From: Rhizaria sp. SCN 62-66
Taxonomy: Eukaryota
Assembly: GCA_001724265.1 (NCBI GenBank)
Contig: MEDY01000165.1
Coordinates: forward strand, 1-58,732
Length of the DNA stretch: 58,732 nucleotides
Direction: 5' to 3'
Position numbers and translations under genes: made by a program. Numbering within the stretch: position 1 is the stretch's first letter; each line of letters opens with the position of its first letter. This document shows, in pieces, positions 24,733 to 35,348 of the stretch. Below the pieces are notes generated by a model. The model made no database searches, had not been told where the DNA came from, and was given only the letters and a program-made list of their open reading frames with translations.

Positions 24733-27700
24733 TTAAATTTCGCGTTCGTAAAACAGCACATACCCCTCGCGTCCCGCCCTGGCGCCCCACACCTGCTCCT
24801 CTTCGAGGCCAACCATGACCAGGTCATCGTCAAACCGGCACCACACACGTTGACTTGCGCCGCTCGCGGTACCCGCGCCACCAAGCGCAGTCGCAGTAGA
24901 AGCGGCATTGGCGCAGGCGACCTGGGCGCTCGCGGCGGCGGCGGCGGCGGCGGCGTTTTGCGCCAGCTGCACTTCGGCGGGCAGCGTGCGGCAGCGCGTG
25001 GAAAAGCGCGAGCTGCCCACGCCCGCGGCACCGCTAAGTCCGGCCCCCGCCGCGGCGCCCAGGCTGCCCGGCGCGCCGAGGCCGAGGCCGACGGTACCGC
25101 TGAGGGAGCCCGGCTGGAAGGGCGACGACAGCGGCGGCGAGGGAGACGGCGACGGCGACGGCGAGTACGGGGACTTGTCGCTGTCGCTCATTGCCGCACC
25201 GCTCGCCGCTGCAGCAGTCAATGTTGCAGCTGCTGAGCTCGCCGTAGGAGTCGCGCTGAGTGCGCTGTGGTCGCTCGTCTTCACCAGTGCAGTCGCCGCC
25301 AACCCACCGGCAGTGGCGGCGTCGGCCTCAGCGATCGCCGCGAGCGCCGCCGCCGCGTCCGCCGCCGAGGCAGCCGTGCCTCCCAAGCCCGCGCCCGCGC
25401 CCGCGCCGGCGGCCACGGCGCCCGCGGTGGCGTTGGCCTGCGCGAGAAGCGCGGCGGCGAGCGCGCGGCGCGGCGGGCGCGGAAGCGCGCAGTCAGCGAG
25501 GTAGTGGCCCGAGAAGGCCAGCGGACCGCGGTGGCGCACCGAGGCCACCAGCTCATAGCACGACGACTGCAACAGAGACTGCGACTGCGAAGGTGACTGC
25601 GAGGGGAGCTGAGACGAGGGCACGAGAGCAGTGCTACTGGACGTGTTGTTGTTGATGGCGTTTGTGAACGAGTAGAAGGGCGCGAGGTAGAGCGCGATCG
25701 AGTCGAGCAGACTACGGCTGTCCTCGTCGGACAGAGGCAGTGAGAGCGGAGACTGCAACTGCAGCTGCGACTGCGAGCCAGCGACAACGACAGCAGTACT
25801 ATCATTACTGGGAGTCTTGTTGCCGCTGCTCTTGCCACCCTTAGGAGCGAGCGCAGCACTGTTGACTGTGCTCTTGGTCTTCTTGCTGTCGTTGCTGCTA
25901 AAGCTGGAGTCAGAACTAGAACTAAAGCTAAAGCTGGAATTCGAGCTCGAAGTACCGCTATTCATCGCACTGGCAGCGACAGAGCGAGAGTTCTGCTGCT
26001 GTTGCTGCTGCACAGTGAAGCGACCGAGGTCAAGACGGGCAAAGTGCCGCACGGGGTCCTGGCGCTTCACAGTCATCATCTGCGATGTTAGAACAAAGAG
26101 GAACAAAGAAAGTAGTGAGATAAGCTGAATGAGCGAATCGAAAAAAAGCACACACTTCGAATCATGAATACAGATCACAAACACATTGATAAGGAAACTC
26201 TCAAGCAATAAATTGATAAGTCTTGCGCAGTTTGTTTCACGTACGGGGTTCTTCTCCGACTGCGCGAAGCGCATAATGTGCGCGATCACGACCTGGGGCT
26301 GCTTGCGCACCTTGGTGGTGACGACGCCGACGGTGCCGCCGCAGCCGGGCCGTGCGCACACGGTGTCGACCTCGCGCGGCTCGAAGTACCGCGTCAGCAG
26401 CGACGCCACGCTGTTCGGGTCTCGCAGGTACCCCGCTGCGGCGTCCGCCTCGGCCGCGGCTGCGGCGGCAGCAGCGGCAGCGGCAGCGGCGCGCGCGGCG
26501 GCGGCCGCGGTCGCGGCGGTCACGCGCATGCCACGGCCGGCGTTGGCAGTGTCGACAACGTCGCTGCTGCTGTTGGCCTTAGAGCCGTCGCCGTCAGTCA
26601 GGCGGTCGCTGTTGCTGCTGTGACCGCCGCGGCCGCTGCCGCCGCCGCGGCTGCCGCCCCGGCTGCCGCCCCGGCTGCCGCCGCGCCCGCGCCCGCGGCC
26701 CGAATTGCCGGCACTCGCGCTTACGCTGACGCTGTTCGCACTCACTCCAGTGCCAGCGCCGTTGCCGTTGCCGGCGTTGGCGTTGTTGCTGTTGGGGGGC
26801 CGGCGCTTCGCGGGGTCGGGTAGGCCCAAGGAGAGAATAAACATGTCCTCCAGCGTGACGCGCTCCAGCCCGCACCCCTTAGACGGGGAACACTTAGACG
26901 AGTCAACATCAGTGTCGGTGTCGGTGTCGCTGATGTCGTCGCTATCACTCATCTTAGCAGTCTTAGTCTTGCTCTTCGCGTTCGCCTTGCTGCCGCCGCT
27001 CTTCGCGTTCCTGCCCTTGCCCTTGCCCTTGGCAGTCAAGCTCTCATTGTCGCTCCCGCTGTCATCGCTGTTGTCCGCGTTCGCGTCGTCGCCCTTGGCG
27101 CCGCTGCCGCTGCCGTTGCACTTGAGCGTGACGGCAACCTGCGTGCCGAACGTCTGCGCGACGGGGGACAGCTCGACCGCGAGGGCGGCGACCAGCTCAG
27201 ACAGCCGCAGCTGCAGCAGACACACCCACTCGCTGCCGCTGCCACCGTCGCTCAGACCAGCGCCGCCGCCGACGCTGGAGCCGGAAACGGGGCTGCGCTG
27301 GTTGAGCGCGTGGTTGTGGTGGTGCGGGCTGTGCGTGCGGCTGTGCGACCGGCTGTCGCCGGCGGCCGCAGCGTTGGCCACGCCACCAGCGCTTGTGCCG
27401 ACGCTGGCGCCGCGGCGCGAGGGCGTCGCAGCGGGCGTCCTGACTTTGAACCCGTCGCTGGCGCCGTTGTTCGAGAACGAGGCCGTCGCGGACAGCGGCG
27501 CCGGCGCGAACGGCGCTCCGTGCGAGCTGCTGCTGCTGCTGCCGCTGTTGTTGTTGCCGCTGGCGCTAAAGCTGGCCGCCGCGGAGACCGCGGCCGAGGA
27601 GGAGGACTTGTTGAACGCGGGGCGCGAGACGGAGATGGAGCGGCGCAGCGACGGCGAAGCGAGCGCCAGCTGCGCCGACTGCGACTGCGAGTGGGAGTGC

Positions 27701-30700
27701 GAGTACGACTGCGGCAGCAGCTGCGGGTGCGGCATCGACGCGGCGGCGGAGTTGCCCGCGTGCGTGAGGCTCTGGACCGGTCTAAGGGCCTCGGCCGCGT
27801 GGAAGTGCGGCGCCCCCGCGACGGCCACGTGGTCGGAGCCCGTGTTCACGGTCGGATGAGGCAGCGAGGACGACGAGGCCAGAGAGGTGCGCGGGGCCGA
27901 CCGCCGGCTCCGCACAGTTAAACCCGCGTTAGAACTCGAGCTGTCGCTCTCGTTGGCGCTGGTGTGGGGCTTCGAGACGCTGGCGTGGGGCGTCAGCGTG
28001 GGGGGCTGCAGCATCTGAATGCCGCTGCTGTCCGCGTCGGCGCCGTGGTTGCCGCTGCTGCCGTTGCTGGTGCTAAAGCTGCTGGCAGCGCTGAGCGAGC
28101 TCAGCAGCGGCAGCACTCCGCCGCTGCTGAGGAGGGAGGCGTTCGGGAACAGAGCGCTGCGGGGCGCAACGACGACGACAAACGGGTCCTCGTCGAGCTC
28201 GCCGTCGTCGTCTAAGGGGGTAGTTAGACCGCAGTAGTCGGACTGCGGCTTCTGGAGCAGCGCGAGAGTGACCGTGACAGCGCGGGTCGCTTGGGCAGTC
28301 GGGCTATCGCCACTGCCGCCGCTGCTGACGCCGTCATTGATGCTGTTGTTCGCGAGAGTCACGGTGAGTTGGCAGCCCACAGTCTTGCTGAAGTACTCAC
28401 TGTACGCAGCAGCGACATCAGCAGCACTCGTACTCTCGCCGCCCTTGAGCTTCTGCTCACGGTCACCGGCAGCCGCAGACGTCGCAGCAGTCGGGACTGG
28501 AGGGGGGACGACCTCTCCACTCTTGGTACAGAGCACGCCGCCCCTGCCCACCATCACAGCGTCCTCGTCCTCATCCTCATCGTTCTCACTCTCGCTTCCG
28601 AGGCCGTGGCGGCCGCGACTATGGGCGCTGCGGTGGCGCCAGCGCGGCCAGAGCCTTTGCGCGACGGCCCGGACGCCCTTGGCGGCCACGGCCTCGGCCT
28701 CGGAGTGCAGCGCGCCCAGCAGCAGACACAGCAGCTCGTGCGCGTCTTCCTGCTCGAAGGACGCAAACGGCGCGTGAACGCACCCCAGCAGCTGCTTCAG
28801 CCGCGTCAGCCGCAGCGGCGCCGGCGGGACGTCGTCGCAGCTGCCTTCGCTGCAGATGTTGTTGTGGATGCTGCTATTGGGCGAGTTGTTGCAGCTACTG
28901 TTGGAGTATGACGAAGGGAGCAGGGATGCGACTGCGTCGGACAGGACTTCGTAGAGTTGCAGCTCTGCCGGGATGGGCGGCTTGACATCTGCAGCAGACG
29001 GCTTAACTTCGACGCCGTTGACTGTGCGCCGCCGCTTCAGCGGAGACATGTCAGTCGGCATATCGCTGTTATCGACGCCGGAGCTGGCGTTACTCAAGTT
29101 ATTGTTGTTATAGATGACTTGTAAAGGAAGGCTTGCGTTGAAACCGCCACTGCCAGTCGCACTCGCAGAGCCGCACGGGCCGTTGACAGCGGATTTAGCG
29201 ACTGCGGAGGCACCGGGCTCCTCCTTCACCTTGACGGCGCGCGAGCTAGAGCTAGAGCTGTTAGTAATCGTCACGCTGCTGTTGCTGCTGCTATTGTTAG
29301 GAGGTAGCACAGGGCCGAAGATGTCCTTGCTGTCAGCGCCAGAGCCGCTGAGTACCTGCGACGGCGCCCGTGTAAGGGCCCAGGGCAGAGTACCCGCCTC
29401 TGCGGCCACCCGCAGCAGCTCCGCACTCAGCCCGCCCTCGGTCTGCGCCCCGCTCTGACCGTGGCCGTGGCCCTGGGCGTGGCTGCCGTCGCCCCAGTGC
29501 ACGGCCTCCCCGCCGTGCGCGCCGGCGCGCGGACCACCGGAGAGCGCGCGCGCGTGGAGCGCGAGCCCCCAGAGCCCGTGCAGCAGCGGCGGGAGGCGGA
29601 CGAGCGCCTGCGTCACTGAGGACAGGTAGCAGCTGTTGCCCAGGTTCGTCAGCCCCGCGCCCGGCCAGTGACGCGACGGCACGTGCGCCGCCGCGCCCGC
29701 CGCCAGCGAGGCCGCGGTCGCCGCCGCCAGGGACTGCGGGCTCACGGTCGCGCTCGCGGCCGCTTGCGGGGAGCCGTTGGGGTCACTGTTAGTGCCGCTG
29801 CTCATGGTGCTGCTGCAGGAGGTGAGGCGGCCGTGACCGCGGCCGCGGCCGCTGCTGCCGCCGCGCGCGCTGCCGCCGCCAAGCTTGTCGGAGCGCTGTG
29901 TCACTTCATTGTCGGTGTCCTCGCCACTGTCACTGACATTGTCGCTCTCGCTGTCAGTGTCGCTGTCGCCGCCTTCAGAGCCACTGTCGCTCTGACTGTC
30001 GGCGTCGTCGTCGTTGTTGCTGCCCTCAGCGCTGTCGCCCTTGCCCTTGCTGCCGTGGACGGAGCGACCTGCGCCAGCACCTGCGCCACGGCCACGGCCA
30101 CGGCCGCGACCGCGAGCGCTGCTGCTGCCACCGCGCGCACTGGCAGTCGCACTGGCAGTAGCGCTGCCCTTGGACTTGGCCACAGCGCCCTTCGCCGGCC
30201 GTGAGGACGGCTTGGCGTCAATCTTGTGATCGCTATCGTCGCCACTGCTTTCATAATCATCATAATCGTCATCGTGGTTGCTTTCGTCGTCGTCTTCTGA
30301 GCCGGACTCGGCCTTCTTGCCAGTCTTGGCACTCGCATTAGATTTGGTCGCATCAGCAATTGCCTTAACCTTGCCTGCAGCGGCCTTAGGTGCGTCGCTG
30401 CCCTTGGCCAAAGCAGCCTTAGACTTGGTAGCGCCCTTAGCAGCAGTCTGAGCAGCCTTTGCCTTCGACTTGGGCTTCGCATCTGACTCAGATCCAGAGC
30501 TTGACCTAGACTCAGTCCCGGATTCAGAGCTGGACTCAGCTTTCGCATTCTTGCCATTCGCGGCCTTTGTCTTACTGCTGGTGTTCTTGTTCGCACTCAC
30601 AGACTTAGCAGTTGCAGCAGCAGCCGTTGACTTTGTAGCAGAACTTGAGGTCGTTACAACAACGCTATTATTGTTGCTGCTGGAGCTCTCGTTCTTCTGC

Positions 30701-31242
30701 TTCTCCTGCTGGCCCTTTTCATACTTCTCGTCGACGTTGAGCCGCTTCCCGCCCGTGGCGGCGACGATGATCTGCTCGCCCCAGGCCGCGGACATGGCGC
30801 TGGCTGTACGGCGCCGCGTGTCGGTGCCCGGCGGGGGCCACACCAGCGCCATCTTCAGCATCGCCAGCTGACGGCTCACGCCCGACGCAGCCTTCGCGGG
30901 GGACGCGGGCGCCGCCGCCGCCGCGGGCTTCGCGCCCGCACCCGCACCGGCGCTGGCGCTGCCGCTCGCGTTGGCTTTGTTTGCAGTTGACGACGCGGAC
31001 GCGGGCGCACCTGACGCAGCCTTACCAGCGGTAGCCGTGGTTGCCGCGTTACCAGCGTCGGCGCTATTGTTGTTGCTGTTGTTGGCGAGCGCTGCAGCAG
31101 AGCGGAAGAGCTCGAGGCCGAAGCCGCCTGCCGCCGCTGCTGCCGCCGCCGTCGCTGCGGCCGCGTCAGCGGTCTCGGCAGCGGCCGGGAGCGGGGGAGG
31201 CGCGCCGCCGGAGGCCGGCGGGGTCGCGCGCTTGGGGGGCAT
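24733..31242 (-). CDS. Ubiquitin-specific protease (peptidase C19/USP family, USP26/29/37-like motifs), ~2,114 aa with large low-complexity insertions
   Basis: Exons 31242-26245 and 26079-24733 (intron 26244-26080, GTACGT..CAG); stop TAA. Cys box GLTNLGNSCYLSSVTQAL, QEDAHELL, HIMRF...K..V....LDL (restored by splicing), His box YELVASVRHRGPLAFSGHYLAD, WCRFDD, GYVLFYER. Confidence 0.92.
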   Translation of the reverse strand: MPPKRATPPASGGAPPPLPAAAETADAAAATAAAAAAAGGFGLELFRSAAALANNSNNNSADAGNAATTATAGKAASGAPASASSTANKANASGSASAGAGAGAKPAAAAAPASPAKAASGVSRQLAMLKMALVWPPPGTDTRRRTASAMSAAWGEQIIVAATGGKRLNVDEKYEKGQQEKQKNESSSSNNNSVVVTTSSSATKSTAAAATAKSVSANKNTSSKTKAANGKNAKAESSSESGTESRSSSGSESDAKPKSKAKAAQTAAKGATKSKAALAKGSDAPKAAAGKVKAIADATKSNASAKTGKKAESGSEDDDESNHDDDYDDYESSGDDSDHKIDAKPSSRPAKGAVAKSKGSATASATASARGGSSSARGRGRGRGRGAGAGAGRSVHGSKGKGDSAEGSNNDDDADSQSDSGSEGGDSDTDSESDNVSDSGEDTDNEVTQRSDKLGGGSARGGSSGRGRGHGRLTSCSSTMSSGTNSDPNGSPQAAASATVSPQSLAAATAASLAAGAAAHVPSRHWPGAGLTNLGNSCYLSSVTQALVRLPPLLHGLWGLALHARALSGGPRAGAHGGEAVHWGDGSHAQGHGHGQSGAQTEGGLSAELLRVAAEAGTLPWALTRAPSQVLSGSGADSKDIFGPVLPPNNSSSNSSVTITNSSSSSSRAVKVKEEPGASAVAKSAVNGPCGSASATGSGGFNASLPLQVIYNNNNLSNASSGVDNSDMPTDMSPLKRRRTVNGVEVKPSAADVKPPIPAELQLYEVLSDAVASLLPSSYSNSSCNNSPNSSIHNNICSEGSCDDVPPAPLRLTRLKQLLGCVHAPFASFEQEDAHELLCLLLGALHSEAEAVAAKGVRAVAQRLWPRWRHRSAHSRGRHGLGSESENDEDEDEDAVMVGRGGVLCTKSGEVVPPPVPTAATSAAAGDREQKLKGGESTSAADVAAAYSEYFSKTVGCQLTVTLANNSINDGVSSGGSGDSPTAQATRAVTVTLALLQKPQSDYCGLTTPLDDDGELDEDPFVVVVAPRSALFPNASLLSSGGVLPLLSSLSAASSFSTSNGSSGNHGADADSSGIQMLQPPTLTPHASVSKPHTSANESDSSSSNAGLTVRSRRSAPRTSLASSSSLPHPTVNTGSDHVAVAGAPHFHAAEALRPVQSLTHAGNSAAASMPHPQLLPQSYSHSHSQSQSAQLALASPSLRRSISVSRPAFNKSSSSAAVSAAASFSASGNNNSGSSSSSSHGAPFAPAPLSATASFSNNGASDGFKVRTPAATPSRRGASVGTSAGGVANAAAAGDSRSHSRTHSPHHHNHALNQRSPVSGSSVGGGAGLSDGGSGSEWVCLLQLRLSELVAALAVELSPVAQTFGTQVAVTLKCNGSGSGAKGDDANADNSDDSGSDNESLTAKGKGKGRNAKSGGSKANAKSKTKTAKMSDSDDISDTDTDTDVDSSKCSPSKGCGLERVTLEDMFILSLGLPDPAKRRPPNSNNANAGNGNGAGTGVSANSVSVSASAGNSGRGRGRGGSRGGSRGGSRGGGSGRGGHSSNSDRLTDGDGSKANSSSDVVDTANAGRGMRVTAATAAAAARAAAAAAAAAAAAAEADAAAGYLRDPNSVASLLTRYFEPREVDTVCARPGCGGTVGVVTTKVRKQPQVVIAHIMRFAQSEKNPVRETNCARLINLLLESFLINVFVICIHDSKCVLFFDSLIQLISLLSLFLFVLTSQMMTVKRQDPVRHFARLDLGRFTVQQQQQQNSRSVAASAMNSGTSSSNSSFSFSSSSDSSFSSNDSKKTKSTVNSAALAPKGGKSSGNKTPSNDSTAVVVAGSQSQLQLQSPLSLPLSDEDSRSLLDSIALYLAPFYSFTNAINNNTSSSTALVPSSQLPSQSPSQSQSLLQSSCYELVASVRHRGPLAFSGHYLADCALPRPPRRALAAALLAQANATAGAVAAGAGAGAGLGGTAASAADAAAALAAIAEADAATAGGLAATALVKTSDHSALSATPTASSAAATLTAAAASGAAMSDSDKSPYSPSPSPSPSPPLSSPFQPGSLSGTVGLGLGAPGSLGAAAGAGLSGAAGVGSSRFSTRCRTLPAEVQLAQNAAAAAAAASAQVACANAASTATALGGAGTASGASQRVWCRFDDDLVMVGLEEEQVWGARAGREGYVLFYEREI

Positions 31243-32147
31243 GCGCGTGGAAAACGGGGAGGCACGCCGAGGAAGCGCAGGAATAGAGGGGCGCGCGCGT
31301 CGGGGCGGGATGGGTGGTCGGTGAGAATCAGAACACCGAGTGGTAGTTACACGGAGAGGAGAAAAACTGCATTATAGACGTATATAAACAAGGAATGACA
31401 GGATAGAAGTGAGATTCGGGAGCAAAAAGTAGTTTACGAAAACGATTTTGAGGTTAAATGCGAAAACAGTGTGATACAAAGGCGTGGGAATCAGGTTAAA
31501 GGAAAAGGATTGGGACTGGTTGGAACGAATCGGGAGTATCAACTGAAACGATATTGCACCAATTTTCTACATGCTATAATTAAATTCAACAATAATTCAA
31601 GGGCGGATTTTTCTAAGGAAATTAACTATAGTCAGATTTAACCACCTCATTTTGAAATGTATCACTGCAAAGTCTAAGCGAACTGGCGCCGCCACCCGCA
31701 ACCCCCCCACCTCAAGTTTTTGCCTCGAGCAACCACAGGCCAAAATTACACAAAACACAGTTCACAGCATCATTGATCAAGGTTTGAGCAAACAATTCGA
31801 GGGATACATGGTATGACCTATTAAGGATTATCTGTATTCTAATGTAAATCTGAATTCTGCATCAAAAGTGCGGATATAACGGCCATTTTACAGCATTAGT
31901 TCTGCCGAGTGCAGCATTAAAAGCGGCACTAAGTAGACATAAAAAGCATTATGAGAATAAAAGGGCGTTAAAATAAGTTACAACACAGTAATTTACATAA
32001 AAAATATCACTTTCACCACAATTTGTGATTGTTGTGTCTCGTTCGAACATTAATGAGTGAGTTTTCTGGTGACTGCAGAGTAACACGCCTACTTCAGCCA
32101 TATACGTACAGCTGGACCGTCTTAGTCCCATACTACTTCGCACGCTC

Positions 32148-33371
32148 TCACTCCCATTCGTCATCCTCCTCCTTCTCCGCACTTGCAGCACTCGTCGCAG
32201 CGGTCCCAGGAGCAGCAGCAGGAACAGGAGCAGGAGCAGTCGCACCAGATGGCGCATCTGTCGTTGCAGTGTTGCTGCTGCCGTTGCTGCATGCGCCGCC
32301 CCCCACACTCTGCTCCACTTCGTCCTCATGCGCCGCCTCCCCGTCGCTCTTATTCCCGTCCTCATCATCGTCGTCGTCGCTGCTGAGCACCCCGTGTTGC
32401 TTGAGCAGCGCCCTGGCCTCGCGCGCGGCGCGCTCCAGCCCGCGCGCCTTGGCCCGCATGCGCGCATTCTGCGCCTGCGTCAGGGCGACCACGCCCGCGC
32501 GCGCCTGCGCCCTGCGCGCGAGCGACAGGAGCACGGCCATGTTGTTGAGCGCGGACCAGAGCTCGTGCAGCGCCTCACCCGTCCGCGGCGGGGGCACACC
32601 GGGGGGCACTTCCAGCGTCGGGGCCGGGGCGGAGACCACTGGGGGAACGCGGGACGCAGCGGGCAAGAAAAAAGCGAAGACGAGGCAAGGAAAAGAGAAC
32701 ATGTCAAGAAGAAAAAGAAGAGCGAAGGCAGAGTTAAAGTTACGCGTTTAGATCAAAAGTGAAGTGGTTCATAGCGCCGTTAGATAAAAAAACAAAAGCA
32801 CAAATGACAAATGTTGAACTCAATAGAATACATGTAAGAAATACGGGATTCAAGCGTACCTTTGAGGAGGTTGAGGAAGTTGTCCGTGACGGCCGTGTTC
32901 ATTGCGGCCACTTGGTGCGCAAACACGCCCGGTCCGGCCTCCGCAACCGTCTCTGAGGTGGCCGCGCGGCCGTCGTCGGCGCCCGACAGCGCGTCGCGCG
33001 CGAGCGCCGCGGCCACGGAGCCCGCGGCGGCGACGGCGGTGGCGTTGGGCAGGGTGAAGAGGCGGCGCACGTTGGGGTCCAGAGTGAGATTTTGGTGCGA
33101 GCTGGTCTGTGGAACACGAGAAAACAAAGGAAATAGAATGATAACACGCAAAATGTGGTGGTTAGCATGCCTTTTGCGCATTTCAGAAATGTTTGCGTGC
33201 GGTATTCAGTGGTGAGTGAAAACGTACCCACATGTCGTGGAACTTGAGGAAGGTGCCCTCGATCGGGGGCGGCGGCGTGAACAGAGCATGGTCCACGTGC
33301 GCGGGGTCGTCGCGCGCAGCGTCAGTAAAGAGTTCATAGTACGGCGGGGGGCCGAGGCTGTTGTGAGCCAT
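32148..33371 (-). CDS. MED7: Mediator of RNA polymerase II transcription subunit 7 (~293 aa)
   Basis: Exons 33371-33228, 33106-32860 and 32638-32148 join in frame; stop TGA. MED7-like motifs PPPYYELFT...PPPP..F..F, NFLNLL and NMAVLLSLARRAQARAGVVALTQAQ (compare NMHHLLNxxRPHQAR). Acidic low-complexity tail. Confidence 0.8.
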
Positions 33372-34077
33372 CGGGGCGCACGAGAGGAGGCGGGTAGACT
33401 CAAGAGTAAGTTGTGCTTGGACTGTGGATTGTCAAGGCGCGCCTTGGATTGTGGGTTAGATAAAGGTTCTAAGAAATATAATTAAAATATATGTAAGAGA
33501 TCTGTATGTTCAGCAAGAAAAATATGGTTATGGATCGAATAACGGATATTGCAGTGGATGTGAGCTCTGTTTACGATAGCCCTTGTTGGTGGCTAGTTCG
33601 ACGGCACTGGGCCGAAAAAAGATTTTAACCGGAAGGGCGGAGTCTTGAGGTTGACGATTCGAAGTGAGGTTCTTCTGCAGCGTCATACATTACGGAATCC
33701 TTTCGAATGTCGGTCACTCCCGGTTATGTCATTCACGACATTGATGTACGTTTTTAATCTATTTTACGCGCTCGTACGCGGCCATTATTTGATGCATTTC
33801 GCTCTTGAAAAGTATCGACCGTTGGAGTCATAGCCAGCCAATCTTCAGACTCTATCTCCATCCCTTTTTCCCACACCACCTGCCCTCAAACAGCTATTAT
33901 ACTTTCAAACCACTTGTAAAACAACTTGTATTCTCAAAATATTCATACTTTAACAACTTTCACCACATAATTCTCGTGATACTCACATTCTGCTTCCTCT
34001 TTCCGGTGCCATTTGTCCGTTATCTGCCATCACTTTTCCCCCTTTGCATCACTTGCTTGCGTGCGTCCCTCGCCGTC

Positions 34078-34457
34078 ATGTCACAGACCCGCTCCAGCTC
34101 CCGCGTGCTGGCCCGCCCCGGCGGCGCCTCGAGCATGGGTTCCATTCTCGGCGACCCCAACGCGCGCTTTGACGCCGGTGCCCCGCGCCAGCAGCAGCGC
34201 CCCCAGCAGCAGCAGCAGCAGCAGCAGGCTCCCCAGCAGCAGCAGCAGCGCCCCCAGCAGCAGCAGCAGCAGGCTCCCCAGCAGCAGCAGCAGCAGCAGT
34301 ACGGCCAGGCGCAGACCCGCGGCGGCGCGAGCCAGCTGACTCAGCAGCGCCACGACGCTTTCACTGCCGGCTTCAACAACGCCTCGCAGAACAGGAACCG
34401 CAACCAGGTCTCGAGCGTCTTCGGCGACGCCCCCCCGCCCCAGCAGCGCGCTGCCCC

Positions 34458-34490
<33 letters not shown>

Positions 34491-34586
34491 CCAGCAGGCG
34501 CCTCCCCAGCAGCAGCAGTCGCGCTACGGCTCCCAGGCGCAGGCGCAGCAGTACGGCCAGCAGCAGCAGCGCGGCGCCCCCGCCCC

Positions 34587-34631
<45 letters not shown>

Positions 34632-34701
34632 CAACGGCCAGCACACCAGTGTGCGCGTTCGTGCGCCCCCCGGCGGCCAGTCCTCCATCACCTTTGGCTA
34701 A
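34078..34701 (+). CDS. PolyQ-rich SPIRAL1/Jupiter(HN1)-like putative microtubule-associated protein (207 aa)
   Basis: Single exon from ATG 34078 to TAA, with GC-rich codon bias starting at the ATG. Terminal motifs SSRVLARPGGASSMGSILG and TSVRVRAPPGGQSSITFG resemble the PGG-SS motifs of SPR1 and Jupiter/HN1 proteins. Confidence 0.7.
34190..34629 (+). repeat. Coding CAG (polyGln) microsatellite tracts, longest (CAG)14 at 34588-34629
   Basis: Several pure CAG runs are directly visible in the sequence. Confidence 0.95.
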
Positions 34702-35348
34702 GTGCCCTCTTAGACCGGCCCGGAGAGCAAGAAAGCGTCTGCTGCTGTCTTCATCTTTATTTGGGATCTGTACACATCGAGCGATGCATGTGTGCGCATG
34801 TGTGTTGTGGTGACTTCAAGTAGTTTCATCACACGCCGTGATCAGCACCAGCATCAGCAACAATAGAAGCAGCAGCAACGTAAGCACTCACATGTGGTAT
34901 AATAATGCGAGTAATTGTAATGATTGACAGGTGTAGGTGTGTCAACAATAGCAAAACAAAAGACACATTTCAACCACAAAGATTACTCACTCATCAATAG
35001 TACGAATCGTACAAGTTAAAACCAATATTGCAAACAAAATCTAACACTTGAATACATAGTACTTGCCCCTTTCTTTTTCATTCCCAATCAACAACTTTTT
35101 TTGTTCAAAGTCAGCGAGTTAGCCTAGCAAACGGTTTACACGAGTCTTAAGTTACACATCTTGCTTTCAACTTAAGGTTAGATCAGTTGCGATATCGTGG
35201 ATATATAAAGCTTCATAATGTATTAGATCTTATCTATATAACATAAACATGTTCATTTTGTAAATCATTGCCGTAAAAAAACGTCATATAACAAGGATTA
35301 AGCGTAACATACAACAACCTACGTAGTCAAGTCACTGTTCACACTTAC

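Noticed and set aside
33805-34077. N-terminal extension of the polyQ ORF in the ORF track
   Set aside because: AT-rich, non-ATG start and no coding bias. The ATG at 34078 coincides with the switch to GC-rich codons.
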